Part shown: positions 27,859-40,559 of the stretch, piece after piece
Layout of the letters: each line of letters starts with the position of its first letter
Position numbering within the stretch: position 1 is the stretch's first letter
Origin: Calditrichia bacterium
GTDB taxonomy: Bacteria; Calditrichota; Calditrichia; JAJRVZ01
DNA: 64,000 nucleotides
Direction: 5' to 3'
NCBI GenBank assembly: GCA_963796965.1
Contig: CAWCNS010000006.1
Coordinates: forward strand, 416,001 to 480,000
Notes under the pieces: generated by a model
The model's database searches: none
Told to the model about the DNA's origin: nothing
Seen by the model: the letters and a program-made list of their open reading frames with translations, nothing else
Translations under genes and position numbers: made by a program

Positions 27859-30105
27859 CTAAAGTCTTATAAGATAAGCAAATTTGAAGAATAGCCCTTG
27901 AGAAAACCGATCATACTTCTGCTTAGAGTTTTGTCTGAAATAATCATTATATCCTAAAAAGATTACAGTTCCGGGTGAGGGTTGCCAGCCGGCAAGGGCA
28001 TTAATCTCAATATTTTTATAATAATTATCACGTTGAATTATTAACCGAATATATATATCACGGGTAAATTGATATACACTGCGCACACGAAGAATATCCT
28101 GAACAATACGGAGAAGAGAACCTTGCTCATCGCCTTCAAAAAGATAATTGCTTCCACTCACCAGGGTTTGCCAGTTTTTTATTGGCCTAAATTCAACCCC
28201 CCAATTGATGGTATGGGTCTTACCGAGAAAGGGATCAGTTGAATAATAGATGCCGTCTCCCCAAAAATAGGAAAAATTAGCAAAAAGCCAGGGTAACGTT
28301 TTACTGGATAGACTAAACAGATACTGATCTTTATCAAAGCCGATCCCCAGGAATTCTTCAAATTGTTTATAATAAGCGATGTTTAAGGTGTTTTGTCCGC
28401 GTCCTGATAGGGTTAGTGAGGGTACAAAATAGCTCTCAAGTTTAGTGCTCGTATGTTCATCGTTTGGATGATCATACATTTGACTGACAAAAACCATCGG
28501 TTGGATCACTTGCAAGAATGAGTCATCTGACCGAAAATCGTACCAAACCTGGAGCCCTCCTTCACGGTAATCCGGTTCACGCTCCATAAATCCATTAGCG
28601 ACACGAAAATCAGGAAAAACATCGTTATAAAAAACCTGAAAATTAAAAGTACGACTTCCACGAAATAAATTGAGATAAAAAGCAGGATCACTTTTAACTT
28701 CCGTTTCAAGAAAATCTTTTGTATCAGAATTGAGTGCTTGAAAGGTAAATGCATAATCATTGGCAATTAGAAAATTGCCGTCAATGCCATAGGTTCTGCT
28801 ATATACATCTTTGAGATGCAGATCTGTAAAAAGGAGTCCCATATTAGAATAATCCAAAATATCTTTACGCAATCTCAGAATTGTGTGGTATGATTGTTTA
28901 TTTTTGTATTTATCTACGAATGCGGTACTATCAACGGGGTTATTTGGAGAATTGGGATTGTTGTTATATTCATTTGTAAGATATTCGGTGGAGCCGTAAT
29001 ATTCATCAGCACTTCCGAGGATGCCAATTTCATATCCTCCCAGGTTACCGGTCAACTTAAGGCCAAAAAGAGGATCAACAATACGACGCGTATAAACCGC
29101 ATCAATCGGGGTTTTAAATATGTTTGTTCCTTCCAAAAAAAAGGGGCGTTTTTCTGGGTAGTAGAGAGGGAAACGGCGATTAACGTCAATCCTGTCCGCA
29201 TCAGCTTCAACCTGGCTAAAATCTGGATTGTAAGTTGCATCTAAGGTAAGGTTTGATAAAAACCCGACTTTTAGGTTTAGACCTAATGCATATGTCGGGG
29301 GATCATTAATATATTCATCCCCCTCAGTATCCGTATAGGAGCTTTTGATTGCTGTCGCTTCGGGGAGAATTTCAATATTATTTCCCGGCCTGATGTTCTC
29401 AAGACCATGGAGTTTTCCGAATTGTGGAACAAAACTCGAAGAATTTCTTGAGATGGCTGGCCATATAATATCTTTATCCAGGTGTTTAATGGTTCGGGCA
29501 ATGGCTATTCCCCAAACCATATCATCAGTATCGGGAAAACGAAGGCTTTTAAAGGGAATTTCGGCTTCAACGATATAGCCCTTTTTAAATTTTCTACCTT
29601 CAGAGTAAAATATATAATCAGGATTATAATCCTCAGAAATCATATCAATATATATTCCATCAGCCTGGATACCATCTGGATTAAAAGAAAAATGATAGGT
29701 TTCTTTGCCAGCATTAAAAGTGTCGAGATAAAGGACAATGACATCATCTTCCTGGATATCATCGCGTTTTGAAATAGAGGATCGAATTAAGTTTGGAAAA
29801 GGATCAAAACAAATAAAAGCAACATAGAGGGAGGATTCGTCATATCCCAGAAGAACTGCTGTTTGTTCAGTAGCTGGTTGACCGTCAACGGGACGATAGG
29901 TATAAAAATCTTTTATTATAGCAGCATCTTTCCAAACAGGTTCAGTTAAATAGCCATCGATGGTTATAGATTCGTTAAATCTGGGGATGGTCACACTGCT
30001 TAGAGAGTCCTCACTGGCATATACTGCAGACAACAGCAGAAGGAATACTACACAAGCGTTAAGCAGCCCCTTAATGCTTAACTGAAGATTCGGTATCATG
30101 CTCAT
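27859..30105 (-). CDS. CBM9-like + DUF5916 outer-membrane protein
   Basis: IDGYLTEPVW N-terminal domain; NPDFSQVEAD and FPLYYPEKRPFFLEG motifs; barrel-like C-terminus. Confidence 0.8.
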   Translation of the reverse strand: MSMIPNLQLSIKGLLNACVVFLLLLSAVYASEDSLSSVTIPRFNESITIDGYLTEPVWKDAAIIKDFYTYRPVDGQPATEQTAVLLGYDESSLYVAFICFDPFPNLIRSSISKRDDIQEDDVIVLYLDTFNAGKETYHFSFNPDGIQADGIYIDMISEDYNPDYIFYSEGRKFKKGYIVEAEIPFKSLRFPDTDDMVWGIAIARTIKHLDKDIIWPAISRNSSSFVPQFGKLHGLENIRPGNNIEILPEATAIKSSYTDTEGDEYINDPPTYALGLNLKVGFLSNLTLDATYNPDFSQVEADADRIDVNRRFPLYYPEKRPFFLEGTNIFKTPIDAVYTRRIVDPLFGLKLTGNLGGYEIGILGSADEYYGSTEYLTNEYNNNPNSPNNPVDSTAFVDKYKNKQSYHTILRLRKDILDYSNMGLLFTDLHLKDVYSRTYGIDGNFLIANDYAFTFQALNSDTKDFLETEVKSDPAFYLNLFRGSRTFNFQVFYNDVFPDFRVANGFMEREPDYREGGLQVWYDFRSDDSFLQVIQPMVFVSQMYDHPNDEHTSTKLESYFVPSLTLSGRGQNTLNIAYYKQFEEFLGIGFDKDQYLFSLSSKTLPWLFANFSYFWGDGIYYSTDPFLGKTHTINWGVEFRPIKNWQTLVSGSNYLFEGDEQGSLLRIVQDILRVRSVYQFTRDIYIRLIIQRDNYYKNIEINALAGWQPSPGTVIFLGYNDYFRQNSKQKYDRFSQGLFFKFAYLIRL

Positions 30106-30307
30106 TAATTAAGTTTATTAAAATATAAGAGATATATAACTTTTTTCCAAGGCAAGACAAATGAGGACCGCCCCCTTTTTCAAATTTATGGTTAAGGTTA
30201 ACCTATATATTATCGGTAAATTTTGACAAAATCTGAAAATATTTAGAAGATATTAAAAGGAAATTGAATTTTTTGTCTAATGATCTGTATATTTAGTAGT
30301 TTAGATC

Positions 30308-30336
30308 GCAACTTTTTAGGCAAAACATACGTCTTA
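30308..30336 (+). promoter_or_regulatory. ECF-sigma-type promoter candidate (GCAAC-N17-CGTC)
   Basis: gcaac tttttaggcaaaacata cgtctt upstream of the TolC operon. Confidence 0.35.
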
Positions 30337-30494
30337 ATCGATACCCAGCCGTATTGGATCTAAACATAGTTTAAACGTGAAATTTGATTCAGATGTAAAC
30401 CGGTTATTATCAAATATTGAAATTATTCGTATAATGGAATGTCCAATTAAATATAATTGAAATTGATACCCCTTTCAGCAGAGGAGAAATATTT

Positions 30495-31867
30495 ATGAAG
30501 GTTTTCATAATTAGCTTATTGATGGTCTTACTCTTTAACGTTTCTGTCTTTTCACAGGCAGATGCGTTATCACTTTCAGATTGTATTGAAATCGCCTTAC
30601 AACACAACCCAACAATTGTCAGAACAATGAACACAGATGAAGCAGCTGATGAAGATGTCTTGGCCTCTTATTCTGGAATTCTACCACAAATAAATATGTC
30701 TGCTACCTCTGGGCGCGTAGATGCTGGGGTAAGAGAGACAGAAGGTGATGTTCCAGTTGGCGTCGACTCGCTCGGAAACTATATTTATCAACGTCGAACG
30801 ATATCTCAACCTGGATATTTAACAGATTTTAATAGATTTGGAGTGGATGTCTATCAAAATCTATTCGATGGAGGTGAATGGTGGGAGATGATTGGGTATG
30901 CGAAGTCACAAAAAAGGGCCTCTGCCTATAATCTGGTATCAACAGTAAATGCGACTGTTTATTCAACGCAAGAGGCATTTTTCAACGTCCTGAAGAACTT
31001 TCGATTATTGCAGGTTAATCAGAGTGCGGTTGAAAGAAGTCAGGATCAACTAAATAAGACAGAAAAGATGTTTGAATTGGGTGCTGTGGCAAAGGTTGAT
31101 GTATATCGCAGCCGTGTTAATTTGGGTAATGATAAAATTCAGATGTTGTTACAAAAGAATGCCTTACTAACATCAAAACAAAATCTCAATCTGGTTATGG
31201 GAAGAGATCCTCAAACACCTCTTGAAATCAAGCCGGAATTTGATTTACCCTCTGGCTTCCCAGATCCGGAAGAGTTATATCAACACGCGCTTGCTAAAAA
31301 TCCGGATCTGATGAGAGAAGGAGAAAATGTCAATAGCGCAGATATCGTTGTTTCTCGCTCTTATGCGGTCCTCTGGCCATCTTTAAGTGCATTTTTTAGC
31401 TATAGCCGTTCTCATGAAGGATTAGAGAAAGTATATGGATCGTGGGATAAAAACTGGAGCATGAACTGGGGACTATCTCTTCGATGGAACCTGTTCAACG
31501 GATTTAATGATAAAGTAAGAATCCAGAAAAATAAGCTGGCTCATCGTAGCTCTATGGTTACACAGGAAGAAATGAAACGAAATATTAAATCCAATATTGT
31601 TAATCAGGTGGATAATTTCACTTCCTATCTGGAAATCATTGAAATAAATGAAGGTAATCTTGAAGCAGCACAAGAAGAATTTCGTCTTGCTGAAGAAAGA
31701 TACGAATTGGATCGGGTACGGCTTTGGAAGTTCGTGAGGCGCAGGTAAATTTGAACAGGGCAGAGCAAACATTGGTTGCGGCAAAGTATAGTGCCAGGAT
31801 GACACAGGCAAGTCTTGAGCAAACTCTTGGTATTATATATAAGAAGAACGGGGAGAAACCGGAATGA
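30495..31867 (+). CDS. TolC-family outer membrane efflux protein; frameshift near 31705
   Basis: LSLSDCIEIALQHNP and OEP repeats; the expected C-terminus GSGTALEVREAQVNL...KPE* continues in another frame to TGA 31867. Confidence 0.88.
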
Positions 31868-33079
31868 AAAAAATAATTATTATCTCTGTTGTAGTCGTTG
31901 CCGTAATTGCGCTTGGTTGTCGCGAATCTTATGAAAAAGGAAAAAGGAATTACGGTTGATATAGAGACAATTGAACGGGGAACAATAATGCAAAAGGTAA
32001 CGGGATCCGGGCAGATCAGGCCTGAAGTTCAGGTGAAGGTAAGTGCCCGGGTTGCCGGAAAGATTCTGAAGTTACATGCAGAAGAAGGTGACCGGGTAAA
32101 AAAAGGAAAGTTACTGGTTGAACTGGACCAGGAACAATACCTCGCTTCTCTTGAACGAACAGAATCCACCTTGTTATCAATGAAAGCAAACGAGAAAAAA
32201 TTGAAGAGTGAATTGATTCGTTCAAAAGATCTCAGGGACAAGGGTTTAATGTCAGATGCCGAATTTGAAGCAGTGGAAGCATCATATGAAGCTGCGATTA
32301 GCAATACGCGGCAGGCCCAGGCTTCTGTTAAAGAAGCAAAAGATGCCCTGGCGAAGACACGTCTGCATGCTGATATGGATGGTATCGTAACGTTGCTAAA
32401 TAAGGAGGAAGGTGAAATTGCCCTCGGCGCTCAGTTTCAGGAAGATGTAATAATGATTGTTGCCGATCTGAAACGAATGGAAGCAGCAATAGAAGTTGAT
32501 GAAAATGACGTTATTAATGTTTCCTTAGGGGATACTTCAGAAGTTGAGATAGATGCATTTGTAGATACGACCTTTAAGGGTATTGTAACACAAATAGCCA
32601 ATAGTGCAACAGTAAGGGGATTGGGTACACAGGAGCAGGTTACTAATTTTGAGGTAACAGTTGCTCTATTGGATTATAATGAACGCTTTAGGCCCGGAAT
32701 GAGCACAACTGTTGATATTATAACAGAAACCCAGGCGGATGTACTTAAGGTGCCTATACAAGCAATTACGGTTCGGCCCAAAGAAAAGCTTGATAAAAAA
32801 CCAGGTGTAGAGGAGCATGAATCTGATGAGGTTGTGGAAAAAAAGGATCAAAAAAAGCCTGAAATGATAGAAGTAGCTTTTTGTGTTGAAGATAATAAAT
32901 CTGTTAAGAAACCAGTTAAACTTGGCATTTCAGATGATACCCATTACGTGGTCCTATCAGGTCTTGAGGAAGGGGAAAGCGTAATTACGGGTCCTTTTAG
33001 AGTTTTAAGCCGTACACTTAAAGATGATGATCTTATTGAGTTTGAAGAAAAACAAAAGGAAAATAAAGATGCTAATTGA
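31864..33079 (+). CDS. Efflux periplasmic adaptor (MacA/HlyD-like); frameshift near 31910
   Basis: ATG 31864 gives [17 protein letters not shown]; body VSARVAGKI...[19 protein letters not shown] lies in ORF 31907. Confidence 0.88.
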
Positions 33080-33773
33080 TGTACAAGATTTGAAGAAAAC
33101 TTATCAGTTGGGTGATATTGAAGTGCCGGCTGTAAGAGGCATCAATATGTCGATTGAAAAAAATGAATATCTTGCAATCATGGGGCCATCGGGTTCAGGA
33201 AAATCAACATTAATGAATATAATCGGTTGCCTTGATGTTCCATCTGAGGGAAGTTATATCCTGGATTCTAAAGATGTGAGTAAGATGAATGATGACGAGC
33301 TGGCTGAAATACGCAATCGCAAGATTGGGTTTGTTTTTCAAACCTTTAACTTGTTACCCCGTGCAGATGCTCTTCATAATGTGGAATTGCCTCTTATATA
33401 CAGTGGTACACCCCGCACAAGTCGGCGGCAGTTGGCTGAGCAGGCTCTTGAAAAAGTTGGTCTCTCTGACCGGATGCATCATAAACCAAGTGAACTTTCT
33501 GGTGGGCAACGACAAAGGGTAGCCATCGCCAGAGCATTGGTAAATGATCCAGCCATCATTCTTGCTGATGAACCGACAGGAAATCTTGATTCCAAGACGG
33601 GCGAAGAAATCATGGAGATTTTTGAACAATTACATAGTGGTGGAAATACCATAATTCTGATAACCCATGAAGAGTACATTGCAAAACATAGCAATCGCGT
33701 TGTACGTCTTTTGGATGGGTTGATTCAGTCAGATGACAAAAAACCCAATGAGACAAGAAAAAATGAACTATAA
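33069..33773 (+). CDS. MacB/LolD-type ABC ATPase
   Basis: [33 protein letters not shown]. Confidence 0.93.
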   Translation: MLIDVQDLKKTYQLGDIEVPAVRGINMSIEKNEYLAIMGPSGSGKSTLMNIIGCLDVPSEGSYILDSKDVSKMNDDELAEIRNRKIGFVFQTFNLLPRADALHNVELPLIYSGTPRTSRRQLAEQALEKVGLSDRMHHKPSELSGGQRQRVAIARALVNDPAIILADEPTGNLDSKTGEEIMEIFEQLHSGGNTIILITHEEYIAKHSNRVVRLLDGLIQSDDKKPNETRKNEL

Positions 33774-34992
33774 GTTTTCGCTAATATCAGAATACTTCAT
33801 CATGGCATGGACGGCCCTAAAGGCCAATAAGTTGCGCTCTGTTTTAACAACCCTGGGTATTCTAATCGGTGTCACCACTATTATTACCATTTTTACAACT
33901 ATTCAGGGATTAAATGAATATGTTATTGGGCAGTTATCCAATATTGGTTCTTCAACCGTATATGTTGAAAAATGGCCCTGGGTTATAAGGGGAGATTTCT
34001 GGAAATATCGAAATCGAAAAAATGTTACTCATAAAGAGTTTGAAGCATTAGAAAAATATTCAAAACAGGCAGATTTTATTGCTCCAGCTATTATGACTTT
34101 TAAAACTGTGAAATATAAAAGTGAGGTATATGAAAGAGTTCCTGTTGTTGGTACAAATGATCAGTATAATGAAACAGATAATGTTTTACCTGTCACCGGC
34201 CGGTTTCTTACATCCATGGATGTGCACCGAAACCACAAGGTATGCGTTTTAGGTGATGATGTTGCAACCAATTTGTTTAAAGATGAGTCTCCCATTGGCA
34301 AAAGGATAAAAGTAGGACCTGATAAATATCGGGTTATAGGGGTAAATGAAAAAAGGGGTAAAGTCTTTGGGCAAAGCATGGATAATTATGTGATTGTCCC
34401 GTATGGAACATTCCAGGGTGCCTTTAGCCGACATCGAGGGATGCGCATTTCTATGACGGTTAAAGATGTAAGCAAGTTGGAAGAAATGAAAGACGAGATC
34501 CGTGGAATCATGCGTAAAACCCGTAAAATTCCTCCGGACGGAGATGACGATTTCGCAATAAATCAACAGGATCAATTGACCCAACTTTATAAAGATATTA
34601 CCGGTACATTATTTGCGATTATATTTGTTATTGGTGGGACTTCTTTGCTTGTTGGTGGAATAGGCATTACAAATATCATGCTCGTAAGTGTTACCGAGCG
34701 AACTCGTGAAATAGGTATACGAAAAGCGATAGGAGCGAAACGAAAGAACATATTGTCTCAGTTTATTCTAGAATCAGTTGCCATTGCCTCAATTGGAGGG
34801 GTTATTGGTATAATTCTAGGATACTTTGGAGGGAGTATGGTATTATCCCAAATGGAATTGGTCACGGGGGTAAGTATCGCCTCAATTCTCGTTGGTTTTG
34901 GATTTTCAGCTTTTACAGGTATTGCTGCTGGTTTTTATCCAGCCTGGAAAGCAGCAAAAATGAATCCCATTGATGCTTTACATTATGAATGA
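33763..34992 (+). CDS. MacB-type ABC permease
   Basis: [44 protein letters not shown]. Confidence 0.92.
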   Translation: MNYKFSLISEYFIMAWTALKANKLRSVLTTLGILIGVTTIITIFTTIQGLNEYVIGQLSNIGSSTVYVEKWPWVIRGDFWKYRNRKNVTHKEFEALEKYSKQADFIAPAIMTFKTVKYKSEVYERVPVVGTNDQYNETDNVLPVTGRFLTSMDVHRNHKVCVLGDDVATNLFKDESPIGKRIKVGPDKYRVIGVNEKRGKVFGQSMDNYVIVPYGTFQGAFSRHRGMRISMTVKDVSKLEEMKDEIRGIMRKTRKIPPDGDDDFAINQQDQLTQLYKDITGTLFAIIFVIGGTSLLVGGIGITNIMLVSVTERTREIGIRKAIGAKRKNILSQFILESVAIASIGGVIGIILGYFGGSMVLSQMELVTGVSIASILVGFGFSAFTGIAAGFYPAWKAAKMNPIDALHYE

Positions 34993-35003
34993 TTTAATTA
35001 CTC

Positions 35004-36233
35004 ATGAACATTAATCTATTAGAAAATCTACAGGTTGCCTGGATACAATTAAAATCCAGTAAACTAAGATCGGTCCTTACAACCTTAGGGATTACCATTG
35101 GTATTGCTACGGTTATCTTTATTGTCGCAATTCTTGAGGGATACAATCTTAGTATCACGGAGGATATGCAAGGACTTGGTGCTAATGTTTTCCAGGTAGA
35201 AAAATACGATCGTGGTGGTGGTTTTGATCATCGACGGCGGGATGTAAGAAAAGATTTGAAAAAAGAATATGCTGAAATTCTCAGGGAACAATGTTCGGCG
35301 GTAAAGTTTATTGGGGCCGAGGTTTGGAATTATGGCATTTCCTTTCGCTATAAAGATAAAAAAACAAACCCAACCTATCGTTTAGGTGGAGGAGAGCCAG
35401 AATACTTTTATAATAATGCTGAGCCGGTAGACAGGGGGCGGATTATATCTCGCTCTGATGTGTTATCCAACGCCAAGGTTACGGTGATTGCCACAGACAT
35501 TGTTGAAGATTTATTTCCATTTGAGGATCCCATAGGAAAGGAAATTAAAATTGCGGGTATAAAGTTCCGGGTTATTGGTACCTTTGAAGATCTGGGATCC
35601 AAAACCTTTGGTCAGAGTGCAAATAACAGAGCGATTATCCCCATAACAACTTTTGAAGACCTTTTTGGGAAATACCGATCCGTTTATCTTACTATACAAG
35701 CGGTAGACGCTGCCAGTATTGATGATGCGAAGAATCAAGTCATTGGCGTTCTGCGAAAAATACGAAAAATTCCGCCAGGAGAACCAAATGATTTTGAAAT
35801 ATGGAGTAATGACTCATTAGTCGAATCATTTCAAAATACAGCAGGGATGATTCAACTGGTTGCTGTTTTGATAGGAATGATTTCACTTTTGGTGGGTAGT
35901 ATCGGTGTTATGAATATTATGCTTGTGACCGTAACCGAACGGACCAGGGAAATAGGAATCCGTAAAGCAGTGGGAGCAAAAAGACAGGCCATTTTAGTTC
36001 AATTTCTCAATGAATCTGTCTTTTTGAGCCTTATTGGTGGTTTTTTTGGTGTTTTGATTGGTTTTCTTTTAGCATTTTTCATATCGTCAGCTTTTAGCAT
36101 CCCATTTGCTGTTCCCATGTGGGCGGTTTTTTCAGCTTTAATCGTTACATCGGTTGTCGGGCTTATTGCTGGTATATATCCGGCTGCCAAAGCTTCCAAA
36201 TTAGATCCCATTGTTGCCCTTCGCTATGAGTAG
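35004..36233 (+). CDS. MacB-type ABC permease (paralog)
   Basis: [44 protein letters not shown]. Confidence 0.92.
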   Translation: MNINLLENLQVAWIQLKSSKLRSVLTTLGITIGIATVIFIVAILEGYNLSITEDMQGLGANVFQVEKYDRGGGFDHRRRDVRKDLKKEYAEILREQCSAVKFIGAEVWNYGISFRYKDKKTNPTYRLGGGEPEYFYNNAEPVDRGRIISRSDVLSNAKVTVIATDIVEDLFPFEDPIGKEIKIAGIKFRVIGTFEDLGSKTFGQSANNRAIIPITTFEDLFGKYRSVYLTIQAVDAASIDDAKNQVIGVLRKIRKIPPGEPNDFEIWSNDSLVESFQNTAGMIQLVAVLIGMISLLVGSIGVMNIMLVTVTERTREIGIRKAVGAKRQAILVQFLNESVFLSLIGGFFGVLIGFLLAFFISSAFSIPFAVPMWAVFSALIVTSVVGLIAGIYPAAKASKLDPIVALRYE

Positions 36234-36257
36234 ACGTCCCACCGGGACGTCTCTACA
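36230..36257. repeat. GTAG-family REP-like palindrome (GACGTCCC...GGGACGTCTCTAC)
   Basis: gtagacgtcccaccgggacgtctctaca; related copy at about 47113..47182. Confidence 0.65.
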
Positions 36258-36370
36258 TGCAAATCATTCAATAACTGCCCTCGCAACCTTTTTATATTTT
36301 GTCATGAATTTTTCTCCTCCTTTTATCTATAATACATTTTTTTTAAATTGGGCCTTCATCCGGAGGTCTC

Positions 36371-37877
36371 ATGAAGCGTCTCAATGATTGGCTTTGGTTG
36401 CCGGCAGTTATTTTTTTGGTATTAGCATTAATATATGGGATCCGGCAACCGGAAAACACATCACAAGTACATTATGGCATTTATTCGCTCTTCCCGGCGA
36501 TTGTAACTCTTTTCTTATGTTTTTATACAAAAAATGTTATTCTGGCTTTATTTACAGGGATTGTCGTTGGTGGTTTGATTACTGCAGAATATAATATCCT
36601 CAATGCATTCCTTTTCCCAAGTTTAGGAAGTGAAAAATATGCCAAAATTTTATTGGTTTATTTGTGGGCCTTGGGAGGTCTTATAGGTATCTGGAATAAA
36701 AACGGAGGTGCTTTATATTTTGCTAATTGGGTGGGGGAAAATTTTGTACATAATCGAAAAACAGCCAAATTATTTGCATGGTTTATGGGGATTGTCTTCC
36801 ATCAGGGCGGAACGGTTAGTACTGTTTTAACCGGTACGACTGTCAAACCGATAACAGACAGGGAAAATGTCTCACATGAAGAGCTCTCCTATATTGTTGA
36901 TTCAACAGCCTCACCTATCGCTACACTCATACCACTAAATGCTTGGCCGGCTTATATCGGAGGTCTGGTGGCTATTGCCTCAATTCAAAGCCATATTCCC
37001 AATGAAGAAGCAGGCATCTCATATTTTTTAAAGGCCATTCCCTTTAATTTTTACGCCATTTTTGCAGTTTTATTTACATTCCTCATCTCTATTGACAAAT
37101 TACCTTTTATGGGTAAACAGATGCGGGCAGCAATAAATCGTGTAAAATCAACAGGAGAACTTGATCGGCCTGGTGCCAAGCCAATGCTAAGTAAGGAAAT
37201 TGAAACAACATCTGTTCCGGATTATTATAAACCGGCGCTAGTTGATTTTGTGGTTCCTATAGGAACATTAATAAGCGTTGCAATTATCCCATGGATGATT
37301 ACTGGTACGATTTATATTTTCGAGGCTTTTGGACTTTCAGTTGTTGCTGGAATTTTAATGAGTTTGTTTCGGGGGATGAGGCTGGACGATGTTTTTGAAG
37401 GGCTTGTTGATGGCATTAAAGGCGTAACAGTAGGGGCGATTATACTTGGTCTTGCTGTGACTCTCGGAAATGTTTCTGAGCGTCTTGGAACATCATATTA
37501 TATTATAGAAATGACCAGAGATTTTATCATTCTTGTTCCCTATATCTTGCCGCCAATTTTATTATTTATATGTATGTTCATTTCCTTTTCTATCGGAAGT
37601 TCATGGGGTACTTATGCTGTTGTATTTCCCATTGCCATACCGTTAGCTGATATCAATAAGTCCGGATCCATTTTACATTACCCTGAATTTTGCATCAATA
37701 ATGGGAGGTTCTGTATTTGGAGACCAGTGCTCCCCAATTTCAGATACGACCATATTGTCAGCAATGGTATCTGGCGCAGATCTGATGGACCATGTTAATA
37801 CGCAGCTCCCTCTTGCCTTAATTGCGGCCAGTTTTGCGGCTGCTCTTTATTTGGTAATCAGTTACAGTATCTTTTGA
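36371..37877 (+). CDS. NhaC-family Na+/H+ antiporter-like protein; frameshift near 37650
   Basis: YIVDSTASP, GSSWGT; the conserved FGDQCSPISDTTILS...DHVNTQ is in the other frame, ending at TGA 37877. Confidence 0.85.
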
Positions 37878-38268
37878 CTTCTTTAAGTTTGCCTGTCTCG
37901 AGAAATAAAGTATATCTTGTTTTATATGATATACCATAAGTATCTGGTTAAAATTCAGATATGGATAAATAAACACCGGAATATAAATTTATTTTGTAAG
38001 TTCCCTCTGTTGGGATTTAAATTAAAGGACTTACCCTTGCCAAAGGCATTCCTTCGGGAAAGACCCTTTCTTGAAGAACAGATAGACTGTGGTGTGGCCT
38101 TTCTCATCCTTATGAGGAGGGGTTTGGGGAGGAGTTTTTAGTTCTTACGTTTAGTGCTAAATATAAAACAGATAGGCATGCTGATATACTATTTATAATT
38201 GACAAATTCAATGGTGAGAGGCGATCAATCGCGTTTCGAGAGGTAAATAAATTTAAGCGAAATTAAAT

Positions 38269-39705
38269 ATGAGAGAATCATTAAAAAATAATCTGGAGAA
38301 ATTATACCTGGACTGGTCGGGTGAAAAAGTGCAGGTAATAGAATCTTTGCCAGCGCACGGGTCTTCTCGTGAATATTATAGGATTAAGAGTAATTCCCAA
38401 AAAGCAATTGGTGTCTATAACGAGGATAAGGCTGAAAATATAGCATTTTTGGAATTTTCGAAACATTTTTATCGTGCTAGCCTCCCGGTTCCGCAAATAT
38501 TTTCTGAAGATCTTTCAAAGGATATCTATTTGGAAGAGGATCTTGGTGATGAGACGTTGTATTCTTATCTAATTAAAATGAGGGAAAAAGAAGACTTTTC
38601 AGAGAAGATAATTGCTGTTTATGAAAATGTTGTTACAATATTGCCAAAGTTTCAAATAATTGGGGCCAAAGACTTAGATTATAAAGTCTGTTATCCAAGG
38701 CATAGTTTTGATAAACAATCTATGATGTGGGATCTTAATTATTTCAAGTATTATTTCCTGAAGTTGGCTAAAATTCCATTTGATGAACAAAAGTTGGAAG
38801 ACGATTTCGAAAAATTCACAAACTTTCTTCTCTCAGCTGAAAGAGAATTTTTTCTATACCGTGATTTCCAATCAAGAAATGTTATGCTTGTTGACGGTAT
38901 GCCCTATTTCATAGATTATCAGGGTGGTCGGAAGGGCGCTTTGCATTATGATCTGGCCTCTCTTCTCTATGATGCTAAAGCAAATATTCCTCAAGAAGTT
39001 CGAAACCATTTGCTTGATAAATATATTGAATCATTAAAACAATATATTTCTGTAGATAAGGATTCATTTATTGAATACTACAATGGCTATGTCTATATAC
39101 GAATAATGCAAGCGTTAGGAGCTTATGGTTTTAGAGGTTTTTATGAGCGAAAGTCACATTTTTTAAAAAGTGTTCCCTATGCAATCCGAAATTTGGAAGT
39201 ATTACTTCAAACAGTACGTTTACCAATTGAACTCCCGGCATTAGTTGATGCCTGGGGAAGACTCGTCCGCTCTACATTCCTCAGACAACTAGGAGACGTT
39301 GAGTTGCGCCTAACAGCCCGGATTCAAAGTTTTTCATATAAACGAGGTATTCCCTGGGACGATAGAGGCCATGGGGGAGGATTTGTCTTTGATTGCAGGG
39401 CTTTACCAAATCCGGGTCGATACCCTGAATATGCACAATCTACAGGAAACGATCAGGTTGTAATCGATTTCTTTTCAAAGGAAAAGGATGTAGATATATT
39501 TTTGAATAATATTTTCAATATTTTGGATCAATCGGTTAGTAATTATAAGAATAGAAATTTTACGGATTTAATGATTGCTTTTGGTTGTACAGGGGGACAA
39601 CATAGATCGGTCTACTGTGCCAATCGGATAAGCGAATATCTGAAAGAAAAACACGATATTAGCATTGATTTAAGACACCGTGAACAGGAAATGCAAAGGC
39701 CCTAG
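38269..39705 (+). CDS. APH-family phosphotransferase (AmgK-like) fused to a RapZ C-terminal domain
   Basis: GSSREYYR, YRDFQSRN, IDYQG; C-terminal SFSYKRG, FDCRALPNP, IAFGCTGGQHRSV, LRHRE. Confidence 0.85.
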   Translation: MRESLKNNLEKLYLDWSGEKVQVIESLPAHGSSREYYRIKSNSQKAIGVYNEDKAENIAFLEFSKHFYRASLPVPQIFSEDLSKDIYLEEDLGDETLYSYLIKMREKEDFSEKIIAVYENVVTILPKFQIIGAKDLDYKVCYPRHSFDKQSMMWDLNYFKYYFLKLAKIPFDEQKLEDDFEKFTNFLLSAEREFFLYRDFQSRNVMLVDGMPYFIDYQGGRKGALHYDLASLLYDAKANIPQEVRNHLLDKYIESLKQYISVDKDSFIEYYNGYVYIRIMQALGAYGFRGFYERKSHFLKSVPYAIRNLEVLLQTVRLPIELPALVDAWGRLVRSTFLRQLGDVELRLTARIQSFSYKRGIPWDDRGHGGGFVFDCRALPNPGRYPEYAQSTGNDQVVIDFFSKEKDVDIFLNNIFNILDQSVSNYKNRNFTDLMIAFGCTGGQHRSVYCANRISEYLKEKHDISIDLRHREQEMQRP

Positions 39706-39708
39706 TTG

Positions 39709-40443
39709 ATGAAAGCGATGATACTCGCCGCCGGTTTAGGCACAAGACTCTGGCCTTTCACGGAAAAAATGCCGAAAGCCCTTCTTCCTCTTAATGACAA
39801 ACCTTTACTGTTCCATATAATTCAAAAGCTCAAGCAAATAGGTGTGAGGGATATAATTATAAATGTATTTCATCATGCCGATCAAATTATTAACTATCTC
39901 AAGGAAAATAATAATTTTGGCATCACAATTAAAATTGCCTGGGAAGAAGAACTTCTTGACACAGGTGGTGGGCTAAAAAACGTATCATATTTTTTTGATG
40001 ATAACCAACCCTTCCTTTTACATAATGTTGATGTAATTTCTTCCATTGATCTAACGGCGATGCTTAATCATCATATTGACCAGCAAAACCTGGTAACATT
40101 GGCGGTAAAAAAAAGGAAAACTTCCCGTTATCTTTTGTTTGATTCCCAAGAGGAACTCGTTGGATGGAAATCTGTCGCAACGAAGGAGACTCAATTATCG
40201 CGAAAATTTCAAGGAATTCCGGAAGAATTGTCATTCCTAGGGATTCATATCCTTTCGCCTGAAATTTTTGATTATTTTTCTGAAACCGGGGCCTTCTCAA
40301 TAATCAAAGCTTATTTAAGATTAAGTGCAGATCAAAAACAAATTGGTGCTTTTCGCTGTGATAGCAAAGAATGGTTTGATTTAGGACGCAAGGAAAATAT
40401 TGAACCTGCAACGGATTATCTTCTGGATATAAGCAATAAATAA
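39709..40443 (+). CDS. Nucleotidyltransferase (MurU-like)
   Basis: ILAAGLGTRL.P.T...PKAL; LLDTGGGL; directly after the AmgK-like gene. Confidence 0.85.
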   Translation: MKAMILAAGLGTRLWPFTEKMPKALLPLNDKPLLFHIIQKLKQIGVRDIIINVFHHADQIINYLKENNNFGITIKIAWEEELLDTGGGLKNVSYFFDDNQPFLLHNVDVISSIDLTAMLNHHIDQQNLVTLAVKKRKTSRYLLFDSQEELVGWKSVATKETQLSRKFQGIPEELSFLGIHILSPEIFDYFSETGAFSIIKAYLRLSADQKQIGAFRCDSKEWFDLGRKENIEPATDYLLDISNK

Positions 40444-40559
40444 TTTGTAAAATACAAAATTTAGTATGTGACATCTCAAGATGCATAAAGGTCTATAGAA
40501 AAAGATATCTGAGGGCCTGGTTAACAACTGAGTTTATTGGTAAAGAGAAGGCAGTTATT

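Noticed and set aside
37917..38141. 74-aa intergenic ORF
   Set aside because: TTG start, no RBS or motif, and it overlaps degenerate palindromic sequence.
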